From the NCBI GenBank assembly GCA_030390025.1, contig JASTWF010000123.1, positions 744,001 through 808,000 of the forward strand: DNA of 64,000 nucleotides, given 5' to 3'. Shown here one piece after another: positions 53,088 through 63,638 of this stretch. The stretch is from Squalus acanthias. Lineage: Eukaryota. Made by a program: the position numbers and the translations under genes. Each line of letters starts with the position of its first letter. Positions within the stretch are counted from its first letter, which is position 1. The notes below the pieces were generated by a model. That model did no database searches and was not told the origin of the DNA. It saw only the letters and a list, made by a program, of their open reading frames with translations.

Positions 53088-53806
53088 GTGCTGTACCTGC
53101 CCTGGGAGTGTTTGATGGGACAGTGTAGAGGGAGCTTTACTCTGTACCTAATCCGTGCTGTACCTGCCCTGGGAGTGTTTGATGGGACAGTGTAGAGGGA
53201 GCTTTACTCTGTATCTAACCCGTGCTGTACCTGCCCTGGGAGTGTTTGACGGGACAGTGTAGAGGGAGCTTTAATGTGTATCTAACCTGTGCTGTACCAG
53301 CCCTGGGAGTGTTTGATGGGACAGTGTAGAGGGAGCTTCACTCTGTATCTAACCCGTGCTGTACCTGCCCTGGGAGTGTTTGATGGGACAGTGTAGAGGG
53401 AGCTTTACTCTGTATCTAACCCGTGCTGTACCTGCCCTGGGAGTGTTTGATGGGACAGTGTAGAGGGAGCTTTACTCTGTATCAAACCCGTGCTGTACCT
53501 GCCCTGGGAGTGTTTGATGGGACAGTGTAGAGGGAGCTTTACTCTGTATTTAACCCCGTGCTGTACCTGCCCTGGGAGTGTTTGATGGGACAGTGTAGAG
53601 GGAGCTTTACTCTGTATCTAACCCGTGCTGTACCTGCCCTGGGAGTGTTTGATGGGACAGTGTAGAGGGAGCTTTACTCTGTATCTAACCCGTGCTGTAC
53701 CTGCCCTGGGAGTGTTTGATGGGACAGTGTAGAGGGAGCTTTACTCTGTACCTAATCCGTGCTGTACCTGCCCTGGGAGTGTTTGATGGGACAGTGTAGA
53801 GGGAGT
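53088..53806. repeat. 67-bp satellite array (about 11 units)
   Basis: Same unit as 50244-50870. Confidence 0.96.
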
Positions 53807-55388
53807 TTCCAAACTGATGTCAATGGAAAGCTAAATCAGACAGTGTGTGAAACGAGCTGCCGATTTGCCATTACCCCATTTACTGAACCACCCAAAATAA
53901 ATTGCACCTTCACAGAATGATACGGCACAGAAGGAGGCCATTTGGCCCATCGAGCCTCTTTGGGAGAGCTAACCAATTAATCCCATCCCCTGCTATTTCC
54001 CCATAACCCTGTAAACGGTTTTCCTTCAGGTATTTATCCAATTCCCTTTTGAAAGTTACTATTGAATCTGCTTCCACCTCCCTTTCAGGCAGCGCGTTCC
54101 TGATCACAACAACTTGCTGCGCAGAAAGAATGTTCGCCTTAAATTTTGCCCCTGATTTTTTGTCTGCAAAACTTTCCCCACCACCGACATCAGGCTGATT
54201 GGCCTGTAAAGTGTGAAATAATCCTGTTTTTAATTTGCTCCCTTATGCCCTCCACCTGCTTTCTCAATTCCATTCAGAAGCTTCCCCCTCCACCACAAAG
54301 AAACCAAACCGAAACCTCCTTAATCCTAACAATGAATCCCGAGGTATTTGAAATATCCGTTCAATGCTGACCGAGGCTATGCATTATACCGGGATAGGCC
54401 TCATACAGTATTGTACCGACATCCCACTCTACCCCTCCGTTAATGGAGCCCAGTACATAAGCTCAGACTGAACTGATCCTTTCAACCTCTTTGCAGAACT
54501 GTTCAATCTTTACCCTGATTTGATGGGTTGGAGGACTGCTCTGTTTCCTACAAGTGAAGAGGAGAGAGAGAGAGAGAGAGACAAAGGAAGATAGGAAAAA
54601 ACAAGAGGGACAAGAAATAAAGGGGAGGAGAAAGAAAGAGCAAATGAAATAAAAAGAATGAAAGAAGGAAAAGGGAAGAAAGAAAGGAGGCTGTAGAAGA
54701 CGAGAAGGAAAGAAATTAAGAAATGTTTGGGTGTCCAGTTTTCAAAGCCTTTCTGGCAATGAAGGGTGTCATTGGAACCACACAGGCTGAGGTGTTTCCA
54801 AAGCAGTTAGTTTAACTGGAGTAAGTGTTTGTGCTCAGTGATGTGTGATGTTCCCCACCGCACGGTGCATGTTAGAATCGAGTCCAGATAGATACACGAG
54901 GTGTAATGAAAGTCTAGTGTCTGCTGTACCCCGGCTGGGTTAGAGATGTCGATTGAAGCTCCCTTTCCCTTGAACGGACCATAAAGCTACACCTCAAACA
55001 GATCATCTCCTTTCCCACACGCCTTACTTTAATTTGGGATACTGCCTCCAGTAAAAGGAGCGGCCAGAACCGCCCAACTGTTAAACCTTGTTACACAAAC
55101 ACTGCAATAAGAGATCTTACTGCCGCTCACTGGACTTGCACTCAGTGATATTTAATACATTTAACCCGATAATTGTAAACATCATTGAAACAGTGAACAG
55201 AAAAATCTGATACCAATAAATTGACAATTGAACAGATCCATTACTGTTATTGCCAAAAAAACTATTTCAACTGCACAGATAGCCTTCCAGCTCTCAACCC
55301 TTGAATGTGGGGTCAGTTCAAGCTGAGGTCTGAGGCGAGAGATGAACTAAACACTCTGTTGAGAGCTCGCACACCACAGATAGTTAAA

Positions 55389-56435
55389 ACCGCATAGACC
55401 TCCTCAGAAGACGAACACGGGACACAACCAACAGAGTACCCTACATCGTCCAGTACTTCCCCGGAGCGGAAAAACTACGCCATGTTCTTCGCAGCCTTCA
55501 ACATGTCATCGATGACGATGAACACCTTGCTAAGGCCATCCCCACGCCTCCACTACTCGCCTTCAAGCAGCCGCCTAACCTCAAAAGTACCATCATTCGC
55601 AGCAGATTACCCATCTTTCAGGAGAACAGCAACCAAGACACCACACAACCCTGCCACGGCAACCTCTGCAAGACATGCCAAATCATGGACACAGATACCA
55701 TCATTACACGTGAGGACACTACCCACCAGGTACACGGTACATACTCATGTGACTCGGCCAAAGTTGTCTACCTGATACGTTGCAGTAAAGGATGCTCCAG
55801 AGCATGGTACATCGGCGAGACCATGCAGACACTGAGACAACGTATGAACGGACACCGCGCAACAATCGCCAGGCAGGAGGGTTGCCTCCCAGTCGGGGAA
55901 CACTTCAGCAGCCAGGGGCATTCAGCCTCGGATCTGCGGGTAAGCGTTCTCCAAGGCGGCCTTCGAGATACACGACAGCGCAAAATCATAGAGCAGAAAC
56001 TGATAGCCAAGTTCCGCACTCATGAGGATGGCCTCAATCGCGATATCGGGTTCATGTCACGATACAGAACGTGACTTGACATCATGGCCGGTCTTCCCAG
56101 GTGTTTTTTTTGTTTTTTTTGTTTTGTTTTTTAAAAAGGCTAACACAAGAACACAAATTGACAGGATATGCAGCCAGCAGGTGGTTTGACACGTTGGACC
56201 CCCTGGGACACATCTCATTGTCTTGGCTGTGCTCTTTGTTGTAGCGAATAATGTGAATAGATTTTGTCTGGGTTTAAATTGTGAATTCTGGGAGATTCTC
56301 TCATTGCTAACTTACCTGACGAAGGAGCGACAGCTCCGAAAGCTTGTAAAATTAAATAAATCTGTTGGACTATAACCTGGTGTTGTGCGACTTCTCATTT
56401 TTGTACACCCCAGTCCAACGCCGGCATCTCCACAT
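55389..56435 (+). mobile_element. Penelope-like element 3' portion (GIY-YIG + pLTR) with target-site duplication
   Basis: ORF 55685-56074 contains VVYLIRC...YIGET. Flanking direct repeat CACAGATAGTTAAA at 55375-55388 and 56436-56449. Confidence 0.92.
56312..56349 (+). ncRNA. Minimal type I hammerhead ribozyme (Penelope pLTR)
   Basis: TTAC-CTGACGA-A-GGAGC(gaca)GCTCC-GAAA-GCTT-GTAA. Stem I shows a compensatory change relative to the other copies. Confidence 0.8.
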
Positions 56436-57191
56436 CACAGATAGTTAAACAGCTATTGTCAAGGATCAAACGGCTATTGTCAAGGTGCAATAAAATACAG
56501 TGTCAACAAGACACAACCTTATTACACATGCAGCCTGTTTCCTGTCTGTCCGGACAGCTCGCTGGCTAATGCTGCAAGATTGTTGGGGAGAGACATGTTT
56601 AATAAACACATGTCCCTGTTTCTTATTCTGTGCAAACTATTTGCTCTCCATCAGCACTAAAGTATCAAGTGAAACGTGGAACTTATTCTTTTTTTACATC
56701 TAAAAGCTGTTCCAGCAACGATTTTAACTGTAACTTTAAACAACAGTCGGTGACACCAAATGTTAAATCACAACACAATTAGATAATGTCTTTTAACTCG
56801 GATGATAACAAACCCCTAAACAGCCTGCAATGTCCTAAAGTCCAAATGACCAAACCTGCACCAACACAGCAAGTGTCCTGAAAACTATAATCTGAATCTA
56901 GCAGAACATATTAAACACATCCTGGAATCTGTATTAGATTCTAGAAAACATTTTGTGGGGTTAAATCTTAACCCTTTAGAGTCCATCCAGTTATCAGATT
57001 TAGCTACAATTACTGGGTATATTCTTGGCTCGAAAGAAATCCGTCTGTCTCGGATAGAGTCGTGTAATTGTGCTAAATATCTCACTGATTCCAGGTGAAT
57101 CAGGCATCACACTTGTATTACCGAATTCGCTAATAACGACAATTAAGAAAATAAATATCAGATGAGGAAGGAATTGAGAAGTTTGTCTTAC

Positions 57192-57246
57192 CTGAAGTCA
57201 CTGTCAGTGAGGTTCCTTTCCCCCAGTAGCCAAGAGCGTATATAGT
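57192..57246 (-). CDS. IgW: IgW JH (or germline-joined D-J) segment
   Basis: ACT ATA TAC GCT CTT GGC TAC TGG GGG AAA GGA ACC TCA CTG ACA GTG ACT TCA G|gtaag translates as TIYALGYWGKGTSLTVTS, with the WGxG motif and a phase-1 donor. Confidence 0.95.
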
Positions 57247-57274
57247 CACTGTGATACACACCCGTACAATAACC
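57247..57274 (+). promoter_or_regulatory. Recombination signal sequence with 12-bp spacer, abutting the J segment
   Basis: CACTGTG (57247-53), ATACACACCCGT (12 nt), ACAATAACC (57266-74). No nonamer at the 23-nt position. Confidence 0.9.
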
Positions 57275-57379
57275 TCCGCCCCTTTCACTGTCACTGACCC
57301 CAGTCACTTCACATTGAATCGGCACTGGCACTGCTACAAGTGAGCAATCCTGCTCTCTGATTCACGCTGGCAATGGTTT

Positions 57380-57940
57380 GGGGTGCGGTGGTTTAGTGGT
57401 TCTGTTGCTGGACCAGTGACCTGAAGAACCTGGATTCAATAATCCAGGAACTCTGGAGATCAAATCCCTCAATGGGAGTTTGGGAATTTAGTTTTAAAAA
57501 TCTGGGATCAGTAAAAGTGACCGTGAAGTTGTCGGATGGTCATAAAAACCCAACTGGTTCACTAATGTCCTTTCTGGAAGGAAACCCAGTCTGGCCTATA
57601 GGTGACTCCAGTCCCACCCCCAATGTGGTTGACTCTTACCTGCCCTCTGAAGTGGTCCAGTGAGCCACTCAGTTACCACCACCTTCTCAGGTCAGCTCGG
57701 GATGGGAGTAAACGCCAGCCTTGCCAGTGACACTCATAACCCAGGGTACAGTAGTATCGTGGTTATGTTACTGGAGTCGTAAGACACAGGCCTAGATTAA
57801 TGATCTGGGGAATATGGGTTTGAATCCCACCTGGGGCAGCTGGGGAATTTAAAATCAGTTAGTTAATTTTTTTTAAAATTTGGAATAGAAAGCGAGTATC
57901 GGTAATGACCAGATTGTCATAAAAACCCATCTGGTTCTCC
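57380..57940 (+). mobile_element. Two degenerate tRNA-derived SINE remnants between V and J
   Basis: A/B-box-like heads (GGTGGTTTAGTGG; GGGTTTGAATCCC) and a shared GTCATAAAAACCCA.CTGGTTC motif at about 57540 and 57917. Confidence 0.6.
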
Positions 57941-58135
57941 CACCTTTAGATTTTTAGATGTGTCCCGAGGCCCAGTTTCGGGCCACCCCAGGAATTCCCA
58001 CGTCTCCCATTTCCAGGGGCGGCAGATCCCAACACGGCAAGGCTGGGAATGACAGCTGTGGTGATCACTGAGGGCGAGCGAGCGATCGTTCCTCCCCTTT
58101 CACTGATTCCCCCTGACTGCAGACGGTCTCTCTGA

Positions 58136-58174
58136 GGTTTTTGTACCAGTCCAGCCCTGGTTCCTCTCACTGTG
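58136..58174 (-). promoter_or_regulatory. VH recombination signal sequence with 23-bp spacer
   Basis: Consensus CACAGTG, AGAGGAACCAGGGCTGGACTGGT (23 nt), ACAAAAACC. Confidence 0.97.
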
Positions 58175-58475
58175 TGTCTTGCACAGTAATAGATGGCGGT
58201 GTCGTCAACTGTCAGATCGCTAATTTCAAGGTAGGCGATCGTGGTCGAACCTCTTGAAGGAACAAATCGGCCTCGAATTCCAGGCGCATAATCACTGGGC
58301 TTGCCAATCTTGTAATTAACTACCCACTCCAGCCCTTTCCCGGGGACCTGTTTAACCCAGTGCATCCAGTAGTCATCGAGGCTGAACCCACTCACTGTAC
58401 AGGACAGTTTGTGAGACTCCCCGGGCTTTTTCACAGCTGGCTCGGACTGGCTCAGCACGATATCGGACCGGACAC
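58175..58475 (-). CDS. IgW: IgW VH exon (germline, unrearranged)
   Basis: ttaacag|GT. Translation (G)VRSDIVLSQSEPAVKKPGESHKLSCTVSGFSLDDYWMHWVKQVPGKGLEWVV...DTAIYYCAR. Canonical Cys, Trp and YYC; open frame. Confidence 0.96.
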
Positions 58476-58611
58476 CTGTTAATAAAAAAGAGAAAAAGGA
58501 AAGAAAAGTAAAGCAGCGCCCTTTAATAAAACGCGTTGAACAATCAGAGGGTCAAAGAGTCTCCGAATGAGCAGCCGCACCGGGTGGGAATAAAGCGGTG
58601 GGACCACTCAC

Positions 58612-58657
58612 CTGTTAGACAGGCCAGAAGGACACAGAGATAAGGAGCAATCCCCAT
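58612..58657 (-). CDS. IgW: IgW leader exon
   Basis: ATG...ACA G|gtgagt translates as MGIAPYLCVLLACLT(G). 46 nt, hydrophobic signal peptide, 136-nt intron to V. Confidence 0.94.
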
Positions 58658-58740
58658 CGCCCTGTGTATGCACCGACTCTCAGACACTGCAGAAATCGGC
58701 TGCTGCAGGGCGGCTTGGTGTGGAGACGAAGTCAGTGCTG

Positions 58741-58748
58741 TTTAAATA
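58741..58748 (-). promoter_or_regulatory. TATA-like box (TATTTAAA) of the VH promoter
   Basis: About 85 nt upstream of the leader ATG. Confidence 0.55.
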
Positions 58749-58956
58749 GGGAAGTGGAGGGAGCGAGTGAGTGAGGGGCCCGCGGCTCCAACAGCGGCCG
58801 CACCCACTGAAAGCAGAGGCACAGCTTCCTGTCCCCGCCCCCAGCAACGATTTCAATTCTCTTCAAGTTATTTATTTATACAACAGGCGGCAGACCGGCA
58901 GCAATAATAAGATCCGGATTAAAGATCCAGTCACACGTTCTTCTATTTATTTCTTT

Positions 58957-59680
58957 GTGAGAAGTCGCACAACACCAGGTTATAGTCCAACAGTTTTATT
59001 TGAAATCACAAGCTTTCGGAGCTGCTGCTCCTTGGTCAGGTGAAGTGAAGAATACGAGTCGAGCGTCATATCCCGTTCTTACGAGGGCGTCTTTCAGCGT
59101 CCGTAGGTGTCCATCGCGTTCCTCCTCGTCTGAGCAGATCCTGTGTATTCGCAGGGCTTGTCCATAGGGGATGGCTTCTTTAACGTGGTTAGGGTGGAAG
59201 CTGGAGAAGTGGAGCATCGTGAGGTTGTCCGTGGGCTTGCGGTAGAGTGAAGTGCTGAGGTGTCCGTCTTTGATGGAGATTCATGTGTCCAAGAATGAAA
59301 CCGATTCTGAGGAGTAGTCCATGGTGAGTTTGATGGTGGGATGGAACTTGTTGATGTTATCGTGTAGTCTTTTCAGTGATCCTTCGCCGTGGGTCCAAAG
59401 GAAGAAAATGTCGTCGATGTATCTGGTGTACAGCGTTGGCTGGAGGTCCTGTGCAGCGAAGAAGTCTTGCTCGAACTTGTGCATGAAGATGTTGGCGTAT
59501 TGGGGTGCGAATTTGGTCCCCATGGCTGTTCCGTGTGTTTGGGTAAAAAAATGGTTGTCGAAGGTGAAGACATTGTAGTCAAGGATGAAGCGGATGAGTT
59601 GTAGGATGGCATCTGGAGATTGGCTGTTGTTGGTGTTGAGTACTGAGGCTGTCGCAGCGATGCCATCATCATGGGAGAAG
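58957..59680 (-). mobile_element. Penelope-like fragment (RT part joined to pLTR; GIY-YIG region deleted)
   Basis: GTAMG/YIDDIF RT nearly identical to 52020-52640, with an in-frame stop at 59281. The hammerhead motif at 59006-59043 has a mutated core (CTGACCA). Confidence 0.9.
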
Positions 59681-59799
59681 GAAATAGACCTGAGGTTGTT
59701 GCCAAGTTTCGCACATCTGTCAACTAAGAATGGAAATATCAAACGTGTTTCTGGTAAACCAACGGCTGCACATTGAGTGATTGTGTTCAAATTTGTCCT

Positions 59800-60610
59800 G
59801 TATATAGGAACAGGAGGAGGCCATTCAGCCCCTCGAGCCTGTTCCTCCATTCAATTAGATCATGGCTGATCTGTATCTTAACTCCATTTACCCACCTTGG
59901 TTCCATTTCCTTTAATACCCTTAACCGAGCAAAATTCTATCAATCTCAGTGTTAACATTTTCAACTGACCCCAAGCCTCAACAACCTTTTGAGGGGGGAG
60001 AGTTCCAGATTTCCACGACCCTTTGTGTGAAGAGGTGCTTCCTGACATCACCCCTGAACGGCCTAGCTCTAATTTTAAGGTTATGTCCTCTTGTTCTGGA
60101 TTCCCCCACCAGAGGAAATAGTTTCTCTCTATCTACTACGGTTCCACGTCGGTGCTTATGTTCCACACGAGCCTCCTCTCACCCCTCTTCATCTCACCCT
60201 ACCAACATATCCTTCCATTCTTTCTCCCTGATTTGTTCATTGAGCTTCCCCTTAAATGCATCTATGCTATTCACCTCAACTTCTCCATGTGGTAACAAGT
60301 TCCACATTTTGACCGCTCTCTTGTGTAAAGAAGTTTCTCCTGAATTCCCCAGTGGATTTATTAGTGACTATCTTATATTGATGGCCCCTAGTTTTGGTCT
60401 CCCCCTCGAGTAGAAACATCTTCTCTTTGTCTACCCAATCAAATCCTTTCATAACCTTAAAGACCTCGATCAGGTTACTCCTCAGCCTTCTCTTTTCCGG
60501 AAATGTTTATGAAGTTTTCATTCCAACATTTAAACCCGCCAGTTGTCTGTTACACATGAAGCCAACACTTCCAAATTTCCTCTAGAGAAAAGAGCCACAG
60601 CCTGTTCAAT
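59800..60610 (-). mobile_element. CR1 3' fragments, antisense
   Basis: DREKLFPLVGESRTRGHNLKI...FTQRVV..WNS and CR1 3' UTR. Confidence 0.75.
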
Positions 60611-60624
60611 CAATCTGCAATATT

Positions 60625-62028
60625 ACAGTGTCGAAGGAGTTTTACTCTGTATCTAACCCGTGCTGTACCTGCCCTGGCATTGTTCAGTGCTACTGTGTAA
60701 ATGGAGCTTTACTCTGTATCTAACTCATGCTGTACCTGCCCTGGGAGTGTTTGATGGGACAGCGTAGAGGAAGCTTTACTCTATATATAACCCGTGCTGT
60801 ACCTGCCCTGGGAGTGTTTGATGGGACAGTGTAGAGGGAGCTTTACTCTGTATCTAACTCATGCTATACCTGCCCTGGGAGTGTATGATGGGACAGTGCA
60901 GAGGGAGCTTTGCTCTGTCTCCAACCCGTGCTGTACCTGCCCTGGGAGTGTTTGAAGGGACAGTGTAGAGGGAGCTTTATTCTGTATCTAACCCGTGCTG
61001 TACCTGCCCTGGGAGTGTTTGATGGGACAGTGTAGAGGGAGCTTTACTCTGTATCTAACCTGTCCTGTACCTGCCCTGGGATTGTTCAGTGCTATTGTGT
61101 TAATGGAGCTTTGCTCTGTATCTAACTCATGCTGTACCTGCCCTGGGAGTGTTTGATGGGACAGTGTAGAGGGAGCTTTACTCTGTATATAACCCATGCT
61201 GTACCTGCCCTGGGAATGTTTGATGGGAGAGTGTACAGGGAGCTTTACTCTGTATATAACCCGTGCTGTACCTGCCCTGGGAATGTTTGATGGGATAGTG
61301 TAGAGGTAGCTTTACTCTGTATCTAACCCGTGTTGTACCTGCCCTGGGGTTGTTTGATAGGACAGTGTAGAGGGAACTTTACTCTGTATTTAACCCATGC
61401 TGCACCTGCCCTGGGAGTGTTTGATGGGACAGTGTAGAGGGAGCTTTACTCTGTATCTAACCCTTGCTGTACCTGCCCTGGGAGTATTTGATGGGACAGT
61501 GTAGAGGGAGCTTTACTCTGTATCTAACTCGTGCTGTACCTGTCCTGGGAGTGTTTAATGGGACAGTGCAGAGGGAGCTTTACTCTGTATCTAACCTGTG
61601 CTGTACCTGCCCTGGGAATGTTTGATGGGACAGTGCAGAGGGAGCTTTACTCTGTATCTAACCTGTGCTGTACCTGCCCTGGGAGTGTTTGATGGGACAG
61701 TGCAGAGGGAGCTTTACTCTGTATCTAACCTGTGCTGTACCTGCCCTGGGAGTGTTTGATGGGACAGTGTAGAGGGAGCTTTACTCTGTATCTAACCCGT
61801 GCTGTACCTGCCCTGGGAGTATTTGATGGGACAGTGTAGAGGGAGCTTTACTCTGTATCTAACTCGTGCTGTACCTGTCCTGGGAGTGTTTGATGGGACA
61901 GTGCAGAGGGAGCTTTACTCTGTATCTAACTCGTGCTGTACCTGTCCTGGGAGTGTTTGATGGGACAGTGCAGAGGGAGCTTTACTCTGTATCTAACCTG
62001 TGCTGTACCTGCCCTGGGAGTGTTTGAT
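60625..62028. repeat. 67-bp satellite array (about 21 units)
   Basis: Same unit as the intronic arrays, somewhat more diverged. Confidence 0.95.
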
Positions 62029-62648
62029 GGACAAAATTGAGAGGTCGCACAACACCAGGTTATAGTCCAACAGTTTTATTTGAAATCACAAGCTTTCGGA
62101 ACTATCGCTCCTTCCTCAGGTGAAGTAAATTGGATACAGAATCGTCAGAGCATATATAGATGGAAAAAAAAGCATGTGTACTTTACAATTGCAGACCAAT
62201 AAATTAAATCATCCTGACTATCTGCCGAGGTGTGATAAAGTTAATTAAGTCAGCCAGGAAGGTACCACATCAAAAGACATCGCAAGATACAACTGAGACA
62301 ATGAGGTGAAGTCGCAGGGGTTCTAACGTGTCAAAAGCTGCCGTCTGTATGTAAAACGAAAAGCTTTAAAAAAAAAAATTTACTTTTTTACTGGGAAAAT
62401 TTTTACTTTTTTACTGGGAATCACATCTGTGAACAAGCTAACGACGACTCGAGTCCGGATCACGTCATGTATCGTGACATAAACCCAAGATCCCGATTGA
62501 GACCGTCTTCATGAGTGCAGAACTTGGCTATCAGTTTCTGCTCGATGATTTTGCGTTGTCGTGTGTTTCTAAGGTTGCCTTGGAGAACGCTTACCCGCAG
62601 ATCCGAGGCTGAATGTCCTTGACTGCTGAAGTGTTCCCCGACTGGGAG
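62029..62648 (-). mobile_element. Penelope-like 3' end (pLTR with hammerhead at 62086-62123) embedded in the 67-bp satellite
   Basis: Highly similar to 50871-51488, with the same satellite junction GATGGACAAAATTGAGAGG. Hammerhead TCAC-CTGAGGA-A-GGAGC(gata)GTTCC-GAAA-GCTT-GTGA. Confidence 0.92.
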
Positions 62649-62895
62649 TGTTTGATGGGACAGTGTAGAGGGAGCTTTACTCTGTATCTAACCCGTGCTG
62701 TACCTGGCCTGGGAGTGTTTGATGGGACAGTGTAGAGGGAGCTTTACTCTGTATCTAACCCGTGCTGTACCTGCCCTGTGAGTGTTTGATGGGACAGTGT
62801 AGAGGGAGCTTTACTGTGTATCCAACCCGTGCTGTACCTGCCCTGGGAGTGTTTGATGGGGCAGTGTGGAGGGAGTGTTTGATGGAACAGTGTAG
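62642..62895. repeat. 67-bp satellite array (about 3.5 units)
   Basis: Same unit as the other arrays. Confidence 0.9.
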
Positions 62896-63309
62896 ATGGT
62901 ATTTGCTTTATGTGTAACAGAAAACTGTCAGGTTTAGGTGTTCGAATTAACCCTGAATGAAAACTTCATAAACCCCTCAATGAACAGCCCTCGGTTTACT
63001 AGAAGCACAGTGACTATTTGTTATTAACACTTCACAGATGTCCGAAACTCTGCGATAACATCAAGACTAGTTCCTTCTCCTTACACTTCCTCTCAGATTT
63101 CACAAGCAAGCTTAATCTGAGCAGGGGGACCTCCCAGAGGGACCTTGTTACTAAAAAGAATAAGCACGATGCTTTAGATATGGAAATATAGTTCTGATTT
63201 TGTCCTTTGCACCAACAAACAGGTTTATATTTACCAAAAGGGGCCAGATTGGCAGAACCGAAACTAATGGGCAAAAGGTCTCCAACATCGAGACTTGGTC
63301 CTCATCTCA

Positions 63310-63638
63310 GACCCAGTCCTCAAGGTACAGTCTGACCAGAACTGGACCCAGTCCTCAAGGTACAGTCTGACCAGAAATGGACCCAGTCCTCAAGGTACAG
63401 TCTGACCAGAACTGGACCCAGTCCTCAAGGTATACTCTGACCAGAACTGGACCCAGTCCTCAAGGTACAGTCTGACCAGAACTGGACCCAGTCCTCAAGG
63501 TACAGTCTGACCAGAAATGGACCCAGTCCTCAAGGTACAGTCTGACCAGAACTGGACCCAGTCCTCAAGGTATAGTATGACCAGAACTGGACCCAGTCCT
63601 CAAGGTACAGTCTGACCAAAACTGGTCCTCGTCCTCAA
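63310..63638. repeat. 35-bp minisatellite (GACCCAGTCCTCAAGGTACAGTCTGACCAGAACTG), about 9 copies
   Basis: Period 35 (63310 to 63345). Confidence 0.93.

Noticed and set aside
50244-53806. 67-bp array as a class-switch region or RSS array (one AGCT and one GACAGTG per unit)
   Set aside because: The same satellite occurs upstream of V, the non-template strand is C-rich, and GACAGTG lacks the essential CAC and a nonamer.
58050-58085. CTGTG...CACTGAG as a possible D segment
   Set aside because: The heptamers are poor, with no nonamer at 12 or 23 nt on either side.
34873-58657. Assignment of the locus as IgM or IgNAR
   Set aside because: Six C exons, a separate Cys-rich short tail, a conventional VH with full FR2/CDR2, and the leader and CH1 sequences fit IgW.
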